From: Octopus sinensis
Lineage: Eukaryota
Direction of reading: 5' to 3'
Assembly: GCF_006345805.1 (NCBI RefSeq)
Contig: NC_042998.1
Coordinates: 164,548,001 to 164,612,000, forward strand
Length of the DNA: 64,000 bases
Positions 37,598 through 50,051 of the stretch are shown here, one piece after another. Positions within the stretch are counted from its first letter, which is position 1. Every line of letters starts with the position of its first letter. Below the pieces are notes generated by a model. The model saw only the letters and a program-made list of their open reading frames with translations. It made no database searches and was not told the DNA's origin. Made by a program: the position numbers and the translations under genes.

Positions 37598-39729
37598 TAT
37601 AATATATATTTACTGGTATATAAATTCAGGTGCATGTACTCACACAAGATATATACAACCATAGATGTACGTACATTCAATAAAATTATTGTAATTATCT
37701 ACATTAACTCTATTTGCTGCCAGCGTTTGTGTAAATTCTGTGGATGGCGAACCCCAGGTTAAAGTTAGCGCGGTGAAGTTTCTATTCTTATGTTCTATTT
37801 ACCAAAACAATTGGTTTTCTGTGTGCTCACATAGATGTTAAAAGCGAATTATTGTTGTTGGGCTTGCTTGTTATGATTTGAGCCGAAATGTCAGAACAGC
37901 TTCAGTTCATGTGGGATTCAAATTAGAAACTTCTGACAATAACTTGGAGGAGTAATTTGTATTACATTCAGTATACGATACCGCGTCAAAAGCGTTGCTC
38001 TACAGGAACCGTTAAACGCTCTTGAAGTCTTCGTAATAGAGAACTGATTTCAAATTTTGGCACTAGGCCAGAAAGTTTGGATGAGGAATAAGTCGATTGT
38101 ATTGGCCCTAGTGCTCAACTGATATTTATTTTATCAAATCCAAAAGGATGAAATGCAAAGACAACCTCGGCCGAATTTCCTTTCGTAATAGAATATTGAA
38201 TAAATAAATAAGGAGTTTATACGTGCTAAAAAAAAATGGTTATATGTATTGTGTACTAATACTGTCTTAATATATCACCAACAATTGCAGAAGGCCCCCA
38301 TGAGGGTACATTACACTGAATCCCGAAGGATGAAATGCAAAGTTGATTTCCAAATGTTTTAAACTGAAAACGTAAACTATCTTTACAAAATCTTGCAGTG
38401 TATTTTATCCGATTCTCAACCGATTTTGCAAACTTACCACCTTATTGTCTTAATCAAATTTAAAATCATTGATGAAGTCTTTTTTTCACAGTGGAGCCTA
38501 TAACAATTGCATCTTATCACAAATAAACAACTTAAAAGAAACATAATGCATTAGTTATATGAATGACATATATACAGATAAGTTTACTCGTTACACTAAA
38601 TCTAGCGGGATAAAATTATAAAACTACAAATAATTTCCTTTCATGCACATCAACACATCCAGCCCCCCTCACACACACACACCATATGTACATCTGTTTA
38701 TAAAGAAATTATTGTGTTGTGTTTTTATCGTAGAACGCTCTCCAACAAAACAGTTTGCATTAGCCTACTTAGTATGAAAACAAGCACTTGCTCCACAGAC
38801 CTAGAAATTACGGCTCCATAGAAAACAAATGAGGCTTAAAACTAATAAGGGTACCTCTACGATGTAAACATGTTAGAAATAGTAAGCAAATATCCCTCAA
38901 ATAACACCCTTGCTGTCTTATAAATGAAAGGGCACATTGGATAATGAGGTCATTATATATTGTGATTGAAAGAAAAAAGACGATATGGGCAAGACTGTAA
39001 AACCTTTCATTATAGGTTTACTTGCCTAAGGCTGATACGAGGTGAAACACAAACAGTAAGTGGATATTAAAACTACAGATGTAATGAAGAATCTAAGCAT
39101 TTCAGAGGGACTTAGGATAAAAATAAATATGCCCGAATTTTACGTTAGAAAAAATATATTAAAAATACTTTATCTTATTGTTATATTTCGGAAAGGTCAT
39201 CTTTTTCTCCAAATAAACACATGCACTATATTACTCGTTCTTCACTACAGCTTTATTATTATTCTTATTTTAGAGTCCTTTGTCTGAAGTCTTTCGCCAC
39301 ACACCCCGTGACCTCTTCAGCGACTCTCCATCCTACGTGTCTCCTTCTGTCTGGTTTAGTCCATTGTGTCTTTCTGTGGTGTGTCAAAGACAAAAAAATG
39401 GCCATCCTGAAATATAACAATATCTGTTTCAACACACGATTTAACATCAGGAATCTTGCAAAAAATACATTTGTTTGTTTTAATTTGATAGAATTTAGTG
39501 TGGTTTTCGATTATTGAATTATCTGCAATCATTATGAATTGATTAACCGTTGGGTGAGGTGGGGTGGGGATTAGAGGTGGATTTGGTAGTGGAGATGGCA
39601 GAAATGGTAAAGCACCAGGCTAAATGGTTTGCTGTATTTGCTCCAGCATTTTATGTTTTGGATTCAAAACCGATCGGGTTTGATTTTGCATTTCGGGGTC
39701 GATTACATAAATACTTATCAAGTACCGGG

Positions 39730-40055
39730 AAGGCGCATGGCTCAGAAAGTTAGAGAATCGGGCTCAAAATCATGCAGTAGTGAGTTCGATTCCCGGACCA
39801 GGTTTCGTTCTTGAGCAAGACACTTTATTTCACGTAGCTTCAGTTCATTCAGCTGTAGAAATGATTTGCGACATCACTGGTGCCAATCTATCGGCTTTTG
39901 CCTTTTCTTTGAATAATAGAGGTGGCGTGAAGAGGGAACCTGATATGCATGGGCGACTGCTGGTCTTCCATAAACAACTTTGCCAGGACTTGTGCCTCGG
40001 AGGGTAATTTTCTAAGTGCAATCCCATGGTCATTAATCACCGAAGGAGATCTTTA
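39730..40055 (+). mobile_element. Group C SINE with an alternative tail (second copy 60826-61176, minus)
   Basis: tRNA head, GTTCTTGAGCAAGACACTTTATTTCACG, and tail GGGCGACTGCTGGTCTTCCATAAACAAC...GCAATCCCATGGTC. Confidence 0.8.
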
Positions 40056-40185
40056 CCTTTTTTTTACGGGTATTTATTTAGTATAATTAAAAATGTGGTG
40101 AGCTGACAGAATATCTAGGAGCGGGACAAAATGTTTAGCAACATTTCTCCAGCTTTACGTTCTGAGTTTAGATTAAGTAACAGTT

Positions 40186-40285
40186 NNNNNNNNNNNNNNN
40201 NNNNNNNNNNNNNNNNNNNNNNNNNNNNNNNNNNNNNNNNNNNNNNNNNNNNNNNNNNNNNNNNNNNNNNNNNNNNNNNNNNNNN
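40186..40285. other. Assembly gap (100 N)
   Basis: Run of N. Confidence 1.
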
Positions 40286-40614
40286 TGTCATACTCAGTGA
40301 CAAATGAATTTTTCCTACACACACACACACACACATACACATATACATAGGTATGTGCACGTCTTTCTGTTGTCTCTGCGACTTGTCAACCGGTGTTGGT
40401 TTGTTTAGTCCGCGTAATCTAGCGGTTCGGCATAGATACCGATAGAAGTAGTACACTAAAAAATAGTAGTCGATTTCTTCGACTAAAATAGAGAAACCTT
40501 CATGCAGCTCTCCAGCTTGGACGCAAGTCAATAACTGAAACATGTAAAAGATTTTTTTAAAAAAACTGATGTTATAACATGTTACCAAGTAACATTTTAA
40601 GCATTGGAAATAGC

Positions 40615-40782
40615 CGCAGGCATGGCTGTGTGGTAAGACGCTTGCTTTCCAACCATATGGATCATTTTCAGTCCCACTGCATAGCACCTTGGGCAAGCGT
40701 CTTCAACTATAGCTTCCGGGTCGACCAATTTGGTAGACGGAAACTGAAAGAAGCCCATCGTATATATTTGTGTGTGTGTGTG

Positions 40783-40829
<47 letters not shown>

Positions 40830-41045
40830 ACCGTCCGTGTTTTTGCTCCATCACCGCTTGACAATCGGTGTTGGTGTGTTTACCTCCCCGTAAATTATCA
40901 GTTCGGCAAAGGAGACTGATAGAATAAGTACAAGGCTTAAAAAATAAGTCCTGGGGGTCGATTTGTTCGGCTCAAATCTTCCAAGGAAGTGCTCCAGCAT
41001 AGCCACAGCAGCCAAATGACTGAATCATGTAAAAGGATAAAAGAA
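40615..41045 (+). mobile_element. Group B (CORE-like) SINE
   Basis: Head GGCTGTGTGGTAAGACGCTTGCTTTCCAACC, CACCTTGGGCAAGCGTCTTC, internal (TG)n and the standard tail. Confidence 0.85.
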
Positions 41046-41354
41046 TAAAATGTTTGTATGACGTTCAAAGGTATTAGTTGTCGAATAACAAATTGTCTTC
41101 AAGTGGAAATTGAAACTTACATGCTAACTCTCCTCAGCAGCTGTTCACCTCTCCTCTACAGCTTTCATTGTCAGTGAATCGTAGATTAAGACAAAGAATA
41201 AACACCGTCTACATAGAAACCAAGTGGTTGCTATGACGTTAAGTTCCATCTGAGGCGAAAGAATCGGAAGATTAATTCGAAGTAATTCCAATGTTCATGA
41301 GAAAAAAATAAATGCACAACAGAGCATATATCAAGGCAATATTGTTACACTTCT

Positions 41355-41890
41355 AAGGCAACGAGCTGGCAGAATCGTTTGCATGCCGGACAAACTGTTT
41401 AGTGGCATTTCGTCCGTCGTTATGTTCTGAGTTCAAATTCCGCCAAGGTCGACTTTACCTTTCATCCTCTAAGGGTCGCTAAAATGAGTACAAGTTGAAC
41501 ACTGGAGTCGATGTAATTGACTTAGCCCCTCTCCCGAAAATTTCTGGTCCTGTGTCCAAATTGGAAATCAATATTATTACACCTCACCCCTAAATGGCGA
41601 GTTAGCAGAAACGTTCGTGGGAAAGACAGCTGTCCAAAATACAGATTAATAGAAAAAAATGTAAAATACATTAATCTTTTTTACTGATTCTTTGCTTATA
41701 AATACGCTTAGCATTTTGTCAGTCTTTACGTTGTGAGCTCAAATTTCACTAACGTCGAGTGTTTGCCTTTCATACTTTCGAGGTCGACAAAATAAGTATT
41801 ATTGAAGTAATTGGGTCGATGTAATCGACTACTCACTACCTTCACTAAAAAAAAAAAGAACTGCTGGCAATGTGCCAAAATTTGAGACCA
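41355..41890 (+). mobile_element. Two group A SINE copies; the second carries a ~97 bp foreign insert in its head
   Basis: Group A consensus at 41355-41575 and 41592-41890. 41613-41709 matches 42664-42762. Confidence 0.8.
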
Positions 41891-41923
41891 TTATTACACC
41901 TCACTAAACAAGTATAGCTACAA

Positions 41924-42051
41924 CTAGAGGACTTCCGGTAAGTTCACCGCAAAAAGATATCCATAGTATTACACCATTAATTGATAAAAACTATTTTATC
42001 GAAAGAAAAAAAAAACGGTGAATTGATGACTGAACTTACCGGACATTCTAG
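41924..42051. mobile_element. Small foldback or MITE-like element
   Basis: Perfect 13-bp inverted repeat TCCGGTAAGTTCA (41934-41946) / TGAACTTACCGGA (42031-42043), with CTAG near both outer ends. Confidence 0.45.
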
Positions 42052-43150
42052 AGACCGCTCCAAATATTAAGCTTTACTATCCAAGTACATCTCTTCATAT
42101 TTTTCATTCAAAGATAGGAACTTTTCTTCAGACGTAGGGAAAAAAAATCAGCCCTTAACTACAAAACCTCAATGCTTACAAGTTAAACATACAAACGTCC
42201 TAAACTGTATCCAGTGAAAGCCCACTAGTTGGTCACTCAGACATACTGCAGTCTGACAAACTGACGCCCAGATATACTGGCTCACCCTCCTCCGCTAGTT
42301 TATTTGTCTTTACACCGCTCCTGGAATTTAGATGGTCTTGTACTACATCCATTCACGCTCCCCCTTCTAAGTTCAATTCGTTCTCCTCGGAAGTCGGCCT
42401 GCTGGAGTTCAATTCCTGATGTCTTTATTCAGAGTTTGATCGCAACAATTTAACCAGAGCGCCAACGGTATCAAATCTCACCAGTGTCCGTTGTGAGATC
42501 TGCGAAGTACATGAACAGTTTCAAGCACTTATGGAACTAATAATTTTTTTTAAATTGTGAGGGAGACAACCCTGTGTTTTTAATCAAAATTTCCAGGTTC
42601 CCTACATTAAGTATATCAGCACCGGCCTTTAAACGTCGCTTTCTTTCCATAAACACTGGCTCTGTTCGTGGGAAAGACAGCCGTCCAAAATACAGATCAA
42701 TAGAAAAAAAAACGTAAAATACATGAATCTTTTATACTGATTCTTAGTTTATAAATACGCTTTGTTCTAGTTCAATATTAAGTAAGCTTCGGGGAACCTG
42801 AGGAAAATGTTGGTTACAACTCCTCATAAGTCTAACGTCCACATGAAGGTTATGTCATTAATATGTATTTTTCCCCGCCAATTGTTTAGTATTTGAGTAT
42901 TCATTTCTATCTAATCATTGCATGTTTTATACATGGCGTTACATAGAATTTCACATAGGTGTATAGGTGTGATAGGTGATAGGTGTAAAAAAAAAAAAAT
43001 ATTAATAAAAACTTGGGCGATCGATTTGCCAGGAACTCATAGATCCTTTACCCTTTTGAAAAGATACAATAGATAATCTAAAGATATGTATGAAAATACG
43101 GGAATGCCAGAGCTGGAATACATACAATCACAGGTCATCTCATTCAAAAG

Positions 43151-43747
43151 AATGGAAGTAATACCACCAGCAGAAACAAGAAAAGGGGAGCGAATCAGAT
43201 GGCGAAAGGGAAGCAGCCGGAAAGAAAAGAAGGAAAAAGCCAAGCAAAACAGATACAGAAGCCCACCCTCCCCCTACAGACGCTGAACCTACCCACCCAC
43301 CTCTGACATACAAAAAATTGCATACAGACAAGCTCTCAAATTTCCCCACCTCTGGACAAAAAATTATGCACTAAAAGTACGAGAATTCAAACAGAAAACT
43401 ATGCGAAGAGATTAAAACACGGAAAGATATCAGAGCAGTTGAAACAAATATGATGATATTCAAGGATGGCATTGCGATCTCTTATTGAACGAAGAACACA
43501 AGGGGAAAAACAAATCTACAAAATTTGGGAAGTGGACTTGAACATTTTTGGTAATTGACGTACGTACAGTTGTTGGAGGAGTACAAGTTCGAAGTATAAA
43601 ATGTGACTAAAAGGTGAAGCGACTCAGAGGTGGGGGGCTGAGGAACTTCATTCCATTATCACTCATCTTGTAACATGTGTTTTTTTTTTAACTTTGTTCT
43701 ATGTCTCCACATATCCTTGAATTGTCCCCTTGTGGACAATAAAGAAG
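43151..43747 (+). mobile_element. Probable 5'-truncated non-LTR retroelement 3' end
   Basis: Ends in hairpin ATTGTCC-CCTTGT-GGACAAT plus AAAGAA. Possible 10-bp TSD CATTCAAAAG (43141-43150, 43748-43757). Decayed Lys/Pro-rich coding-like interior. Confidence 0.5.
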
Positions 43748-45862
43748 CATTCAAAAGTTAATCTCAAGGTAAAACAATTAGGTTAAGATTCAGGGTATCG
43801 TTGTAAATGACAAAAATTCAAAGGAAAACTTTCAAACGAACTATTTGCTAAGATTTGAAATCGTCCCTTTCATTAAGACGAGTGATTAGTCTTAAAACCT
43901 GCAAGTTTAATTGAAATAATTACTGACTTGTTACGACTTATCTAAGCTTGTCTCAGAACCCTCCACACTCCCAATTCATTTCAATTAGGATCTGAAAATG
44001 TATGAATGTACTAACTTCAACAATTCTCGGTCGGAGGATCAATAAAAAAATTTTTTTTTTAATTAAAACAGTCGAATAGATGTTACGTTACTCTTAAAAT
44101 GTTTAGATTTTTATGAAAACACGTTTGAGTACCTCAAGCAGAGTGAAAAGAAAAATGACATTTGAAAAATATTTTATTTCAATAAAATTCCCTTATTGAA
44201 AGTACAATGTACGTCTTGAATTTATGAAAGAAAATTTTTATTTATATATAAATGTATGTGTGCATGCGTACATGAACAGTATAAGTAAAGTCTTCGTAAA
44301 ATGCTGAAACCACTTCAAACGGCTATTTGCGACTCGGTAGCAATTAAATATGAAAAGTAAAAAGAAAGTGTTGGTGATAAAAGAGCAATAAATCACTAAA
44401 CCCAGCTAATTTTTCATATAAAAATTCTTTGCTTATAACTGCTAATCTTGATGACCTGCTGACTATTGTTACTTGGCAAGACGAAAAATCTGTTCGTGGA
44501 ATGTAGTTTTTTCGCATAACACGATGCCATAAAACTACAAACACGACCCACTTGAGATAACATATTTCTTAACCATAAAATAAATATCTGAGAGGAAGTA
44601 CCCGCCTCCGATTTGTCTTCAGCTTCATTTTATTCTCAACATATCTTCACTTTGGTCTATCGCTAAATTTGATAGGTAGAATGTGGAGCGGAGATGGGGA
44701 TGGGCTATAAATATGTAAGAAAAAAAAATAGCTCCATCGCAGGGGTGTTCACTTGTTCATAGAAACCATTCAGCTGTTACTTGAAAAGAAAATAAAGAAT
44801 AGTGTACATACACACACACTAAAATATTCCAATGATGTTTCGACCATGTTTTTCTACGTAGTTTGCACTGAGCCACGTTATAGTTAACACATAAGCAAAC
44901 TTATGTGCAAGTGCTTAGGCAAGACGAGTGTTAAATATACTGTAGAGGAAACAAAAAAATGGTGAAAACCTTAGTTCTTTCCGAGAGTTCAGTATTTGCA
45001 GATTTTAAGAAATGACGTAGGAAAGCAAGACACATTTTCAGATTTCAGCAAAAATGCATTCACTAAGTGATATCACCGAGAGAAATTGCAGGCTAACAAA
45101 AGGTTTACCTAAATTTAACTAAGTACTATAAAGTACACTACACAGTTTTCACAAGCTTCTTTACGTTAGGTCCCGTAATCGGAATACAAAATTGCTTTTT
45201 GATAAGGTTATTCTGGGTAAATGTAATGCAGCTATTTACTACCGAATTACAATTAGATTTATATTTTCCTTTTTAGTTAAAAAAAGTTTAATCAAATCTT
45301 ATGCAATTCCTTTCGGAGATTACTCTCTCCCCCACCAACCAAAAAAATAAATCCAAGATATTAGATCGAATTTTTAAGTAATACGAGATGCAATTAACCG
45401 AGTTTCCATTTCACTGTATCCGAGTTACTAAGTTTTCACGAGAGAGAAATGTCAGCTTTCTCTAAAAGAGCTTAGGAACAGGATTTTAAAAAGGAGGCAA
45501 AATGAGAGGAAAATACAAAATTTGTTCAGTCCAAATTAGTTAATCGGCTCTCGATGAGCTTTATAAAAGTTCATCACAGACTAGTCAGACTGTAGAAATT
45601 CTGTACCAGGACAGTTGCAGAAATATTAATCTTCAAGCAAAAGTTGTGGGTTAACGTGATATAGAGAAATGAATAAAAAGCTTTGTAAAATAGGCAGCCG
45701 ACAAACGTTCTAGTCTAGACAGCCACCATAATTTTAAAGAGTATAATTATATCTTCGATAAATGTACTGGCTATAAATCTTGCAAGCCACGTTTAAATAT
45801 TAAAAGAAAAATAACTTTCATTGAAGAAATTCTTGAAAGTCGTTCGGCAAGTGCCAATTCTG

Positions 45863-46204
<342 letters not shown>

Positions 46205-46268
46205 TTAAGATGCCGTGACACAGTAGTTGCTACCAAAAATTATTTTTCTATGATACCTAAAGAACTGA

Positions 46269-46311
46269 TATTTATATGACTTGTTTAGTTGATGAAATCA
46301 AATCGTCCAAT
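46269..46311 (-). promoter_or_regulatory. H4 core promoter: TATA box and CCAAT box
   Basis: TATAAATA on minus at 46269-46276, about 95 bp upstream of the ATG. CCAAT (plus strand) at 46307-46311, about 30 bp further upstream. Confidence 0.65.
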
Positions 46312-46533
46312 CAAAACGTTTGTTTCAACTTCAGCAAATACATAAAAAAAATATATATATATATATATATATATATTAAATAAATAAAAAAAAACGCCGA
46401 TCCCATTTCCTTCAGCAAGGCAGAACAGTGTATCATTATTTTGATATTCTGATCTCTAAATTACAAACATTGAAAAGATGAGTTCAAATTCTAATATCAG
46501 TGAAAAGGAACACATGCTTCATTCTAATGTATA

Positions 46534-46969
46534 TTGTTTGTTCCTTCTCGAGCCATGCCTGGCTCATAAGAGACAGTTTCATTGGTGTATAGGTTTCCCA
46601 CCTGGACAGGATGCCGGTCTGTCGCAGGTGAGATGCAAGATGCAGGGGGAAAGAGTGAGAGAAAGAGTCGGCAGGAGTTTGCCATTACCTTCTGCCGGAG
46701 CCACGTAAAACTTATGTGTTTCGCTTATAAACACACACATCACCCGGTCTTTACTACCCACAAGGGGCTAAACACAGTGGGGACAAACAAGGACAGACAA
46801 AGGGATTAAGTCGATTACATCGACCCCAGTGCGTAACTTAATTTATCGACCCCGAAAGGATGAAAGGCAAAGTCGATCTCGGCGGAATTTGAACTCAGAA
46901 CGCCGGGCGAAATACGGCTATGCATTTCGCCCGGTGTGCTAACGATTCTGCCAGCTCGCCACCTTTCCA
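46534..46969 (-). mobile_element. Chimeric SINE: complete group A copy fused to a headless group C body
   Basis: 14-bp direct repeat CATTCTAATGTATA (46520-46533, 46970-46983) flanks both parts. Confidence 0.7.
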
Positions 46970-47514
46970 CATTCTAATGTATAGTTTAATTTTTCTTCGG
47001 CAATTAATTACAACCAATGAATAGTTTCTATTCTATTAATTAGTAACAGTCAAAAAATGTAAAAAATGAAGAAGGGGGAGTAGGGGCAAAAAAGTCTTTC
47101 CGAAAGTAGTAGCTGAAACACAGGAAAAAATAAAAAATAAAAGCAGTAGAAATGCACGAACGATTATGGTAGTGCCATGAAGTAAACATGCTTCAGATAC
47201 ACTCATTTATTCATACAAACGTAACTGAGATGAAATATATCGTAAATAACAGTGACAAACGAAATATACACCGCCGGAAGTTATTGTTGACAAACAACGA
47301 CAGTAATTTTATTCAGCTGAACACACGTCATTGATTGGTTGAAATTAACGAAATACGACAACTTTAACATGAAATAACATCGTAAATAGCAACTTTTCTC
47401 AAAAACGCTAAGAGTAAAAGATGTTTTATATGACACATTCTACCAGTGTCCGAAGTTTGAAATTGTTTAGTTACAAAAGATTAATTTCTCAATCTGCCGT
47501 TCAAAGGGAAAAGA

Positions 47515-47890
47515 TCCGAGGTCAACTTTGCCTTTCATCCTTTCGGGGCCGATAAATTATGTACAAGTTTGGTACTGGGGTCGATCTAATCGACCTGCCC
47601 TCTCCCCCAAAATTTCGGGCCTTGTGCTTAGAATATTTATTAGAATAAATAAAGATTATTTATTAACTGCTCAAGGCGACGAACCGGCAGAATCGTTAGC
47701 ACGCTGGGCGAAACGCTTTGCGGTATTTCGTTTGCCGCTACATTCTGAGTTCAAATTCCGCCGAGGCCGATTTTGCCTTTCATCCTTTTGGGGTCGATTA
47801 TATAAGTGCCAGTTACGCACTGCGCTCAATTTAATCGGCTTACCCCCTACCCCAAGATGCCCTTGTGGCAAGAATTTGAAATCATTATTT
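47515..47890 (+). mobile_element. Two group A SINE copies
   Basis: Group A consensus. The second copy ends TGCCCTTGTGGCA (47858-47870). Confidence 0.8.
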
Positions 47891-48082
47891 ACTGTCCGCT
47901 TTGAAAAACACTATACATTAAGGAAATTAGAGACTAAGAAGTTGTGAGGTTCATATCTAGTGATCGTTATTATTGTTTAATTCCACGTAAAATTCCATTT
48001 CATTCGGTGTATCTAGGAGTATATTGTCTAACGTGCCCTTCGTTTGTAGGTCAATAATGTGTGACTAGATAAATTTTTTTCT

Positions 48083-48450
48083 GTTATAACCACATAGTTC
48101 CGGGTTCATTCCCACTGCGTGACACCTTGGGCAAGTGTCTTCTACTATAGCCTCGGGCAGACCAAAGCCTTGTGAGTAGATTTGGTAGACGGAAACTGAA
48201 AGAAGCCCGTCGTATATATGTATATATATATATATATATGTACGTGTGTGTATATGTTTGTTCCCCCAACATCGCTTGACAACCGATGCTGGTGTGTTTA
48301 CGTCCCCGTAGCTTAGCGGTTCGACAAAAGGGACCGATAGAATAAGTACTAGGCTTACAAAGAATAAGTCCCGGGGTTGATTTGCTCGACTAAAGGCGGT
48401 GCTCCAGCATGGCCACAGTCAAATGACTAAAACAAGTAAAATAGTAAAGA
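48083..48450 (+). mobile_element. Group B (CORE-like) SINE, well preserved
   Basis: B box GGTTCATTCCC, CACCTTGGGCAAGTGTCTTC (CORE-like by recollection), internal (TA)n and tail GTGCTCCAGCATGGCCACAGTCAAATGACT. Confidence 0.85.
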
Positions 48451-48655
48451 GACAGATAAAATAGAAACGCTCTTTTTTGGTCCTGTCTCTATTCTTTGTG
48501 ATCGGTTTGGGGAACACTACACATTATTGGGTTAAAGAAGATAAGAGCCTGACAAGTTGTAAAGCCTATCTCTTTCTTTCGTATTTGTTGTATAACTCCA
48601 GGTCAACTTTCATTGAGTAGACACTTAATCACTCGAACTCGTATTTAGTATAGCT

Positions 48656-49039
48656 GATGGAAGCACTCCGTCGGTTACGACGACGAGGGTTCCGGTTGAT
48701 CCGAATCAACGGAACAGCCTGCTCGTGAAATTAACGTGTAAGTGGCTGAGCACTCCACAGACACGTGTACCCTTAACGTAGTTCTCGGGGATATTCAGCG
48801 TGATACAGAGAGTGACAAGGCCGGCCCTTTGAAATACAGGTACAACAGAAACAGGAAGTAAGAGTGAGAGAAAGTTGTGGTGAAAGAGTACAGCAGGGAT
48901 CACCACCATCCCCTGCCGGAGCCTCGTGGAGCTTTAGGTGTTTTCGCTCAATAAACACTCACAACGCCCGGTCTGGGAATCGAAACCGCGATCCTACGAT
49001 CGCGAGTCCGCTGCCCTAACCACTGGGCCATTGCGCCTC
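48656..49039 (-). mobile_element. Group C SINE, full length
   Basis: tRNA-like head GAGGCGCAATGGCCCAGTGGTTAGGG...GGTTTCGATTCCC. 9-bp TSD AGTATAGCT (48647-48655, 49040-49048). Confidence 0.9.
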
Positions 49040-49816
49040 AGTATAGCTAAGACTACATAGTCTAATGCGTCATTCCGTTTTTCATGACTGTCAGGTGTGA
49101 CTTGAGAAAGCTTTCTATGATAGTTCCAGCAGGCAGAGACCAACAGAAGCAATCGTTTTTGGCTCGATACCTTTTTTGTGGATATTTGCAGCTTATGTTC
49201 ACCGAAACGCCTTCGACCAGAATTGAAACCTTACCACAATCTAGCATCACTATTTGCTTTTATTACTACTTTTTGCAAATGTGAAATGAAGGTGTGACAG
49301 AGTTACACGTAGAGATCAGTCACAGACTGTTTAAGTTATATAATGTTTAGAGTTCAACACTGCTAGAGAGCAGAATTTATTTTTCATTCATCCAAATTCG
49401 ACAAAACAAGTACCAGGATTGTACTGGATTCTTCGGAATCGAATTATACCATTTGCCACCAAAATGTTTCGTCCTGTCCTAGTACCTATAATCAATATTT
49501 TTTATGTAAAAAAACATGAAGCCTGAAACCTGTTGAGCAGTAAAAGACTACATGTGCTTTATAATGTAACCGCTTAAATTTATTAGATATTGGTTTTAAA
49601 TTTTGACTCTAAGCCAACAATATCGGGATAGACGATTACATTGATCCCAGTGCTCAACTGGTACTATTTTATTGATTCCGAGAAGAGGAAAAGCAAAGTC
49701 GACCTCAGTGGACTTTGAACTCAGAACGTAAAGACGGACGAAATGCAGCTAAGCATTTTGCCCGGCGTGCTAACGATTCTGCCAGCTCACCGCATAATTT
49801 AATAAATATTAATACC

Positions 49817-50051
49817 AATTTTTTTACTACTCACAAGGGGCTAAACACAGAGAGGAAAAACAAGGACAGACAAACGGATTAAGTCGATTACATCGACCCC
49901 AGTGTGTAACTGGTACTTAATTTATCGACCCCGAAAGGATGACAGGCAAAGTCGACCTCGTCGGAATTTGAACTCAGAACGTAGCGGCAGGCGAAATACA
50001 GCTACACATTTCGCCCGGCGTGCTAACGTTTCTGCCAGCTCGCCGCCTTCT
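49817..50051 (-). mobile_element. Group A SINE with tail B
   Basis: 14-bp TSD TAAATATTAATACC (49803-49816, 50052-50065). A second group A copy lies at about 49600-49795. Confidence 0.9.

Noticed and set aside
40115-40696. 193-aa ORF
   Set aside because: It spans the N gap and SINE/microsatellite sequence, so it is an artefact.
45717-45728. AGACAGCCACCA resembling the 3' half of a histone stem-loop
   Set aside because: It is on the strand opposite to H4 and lacks the complementary 5' arm.
48960-49039. tRNA gene
   Set aside because: It has A and B boxes but no closing acceptor stem, runs straight into a SINE body and is flanked by a TSD. The same applies to the other tRNA-like heads.
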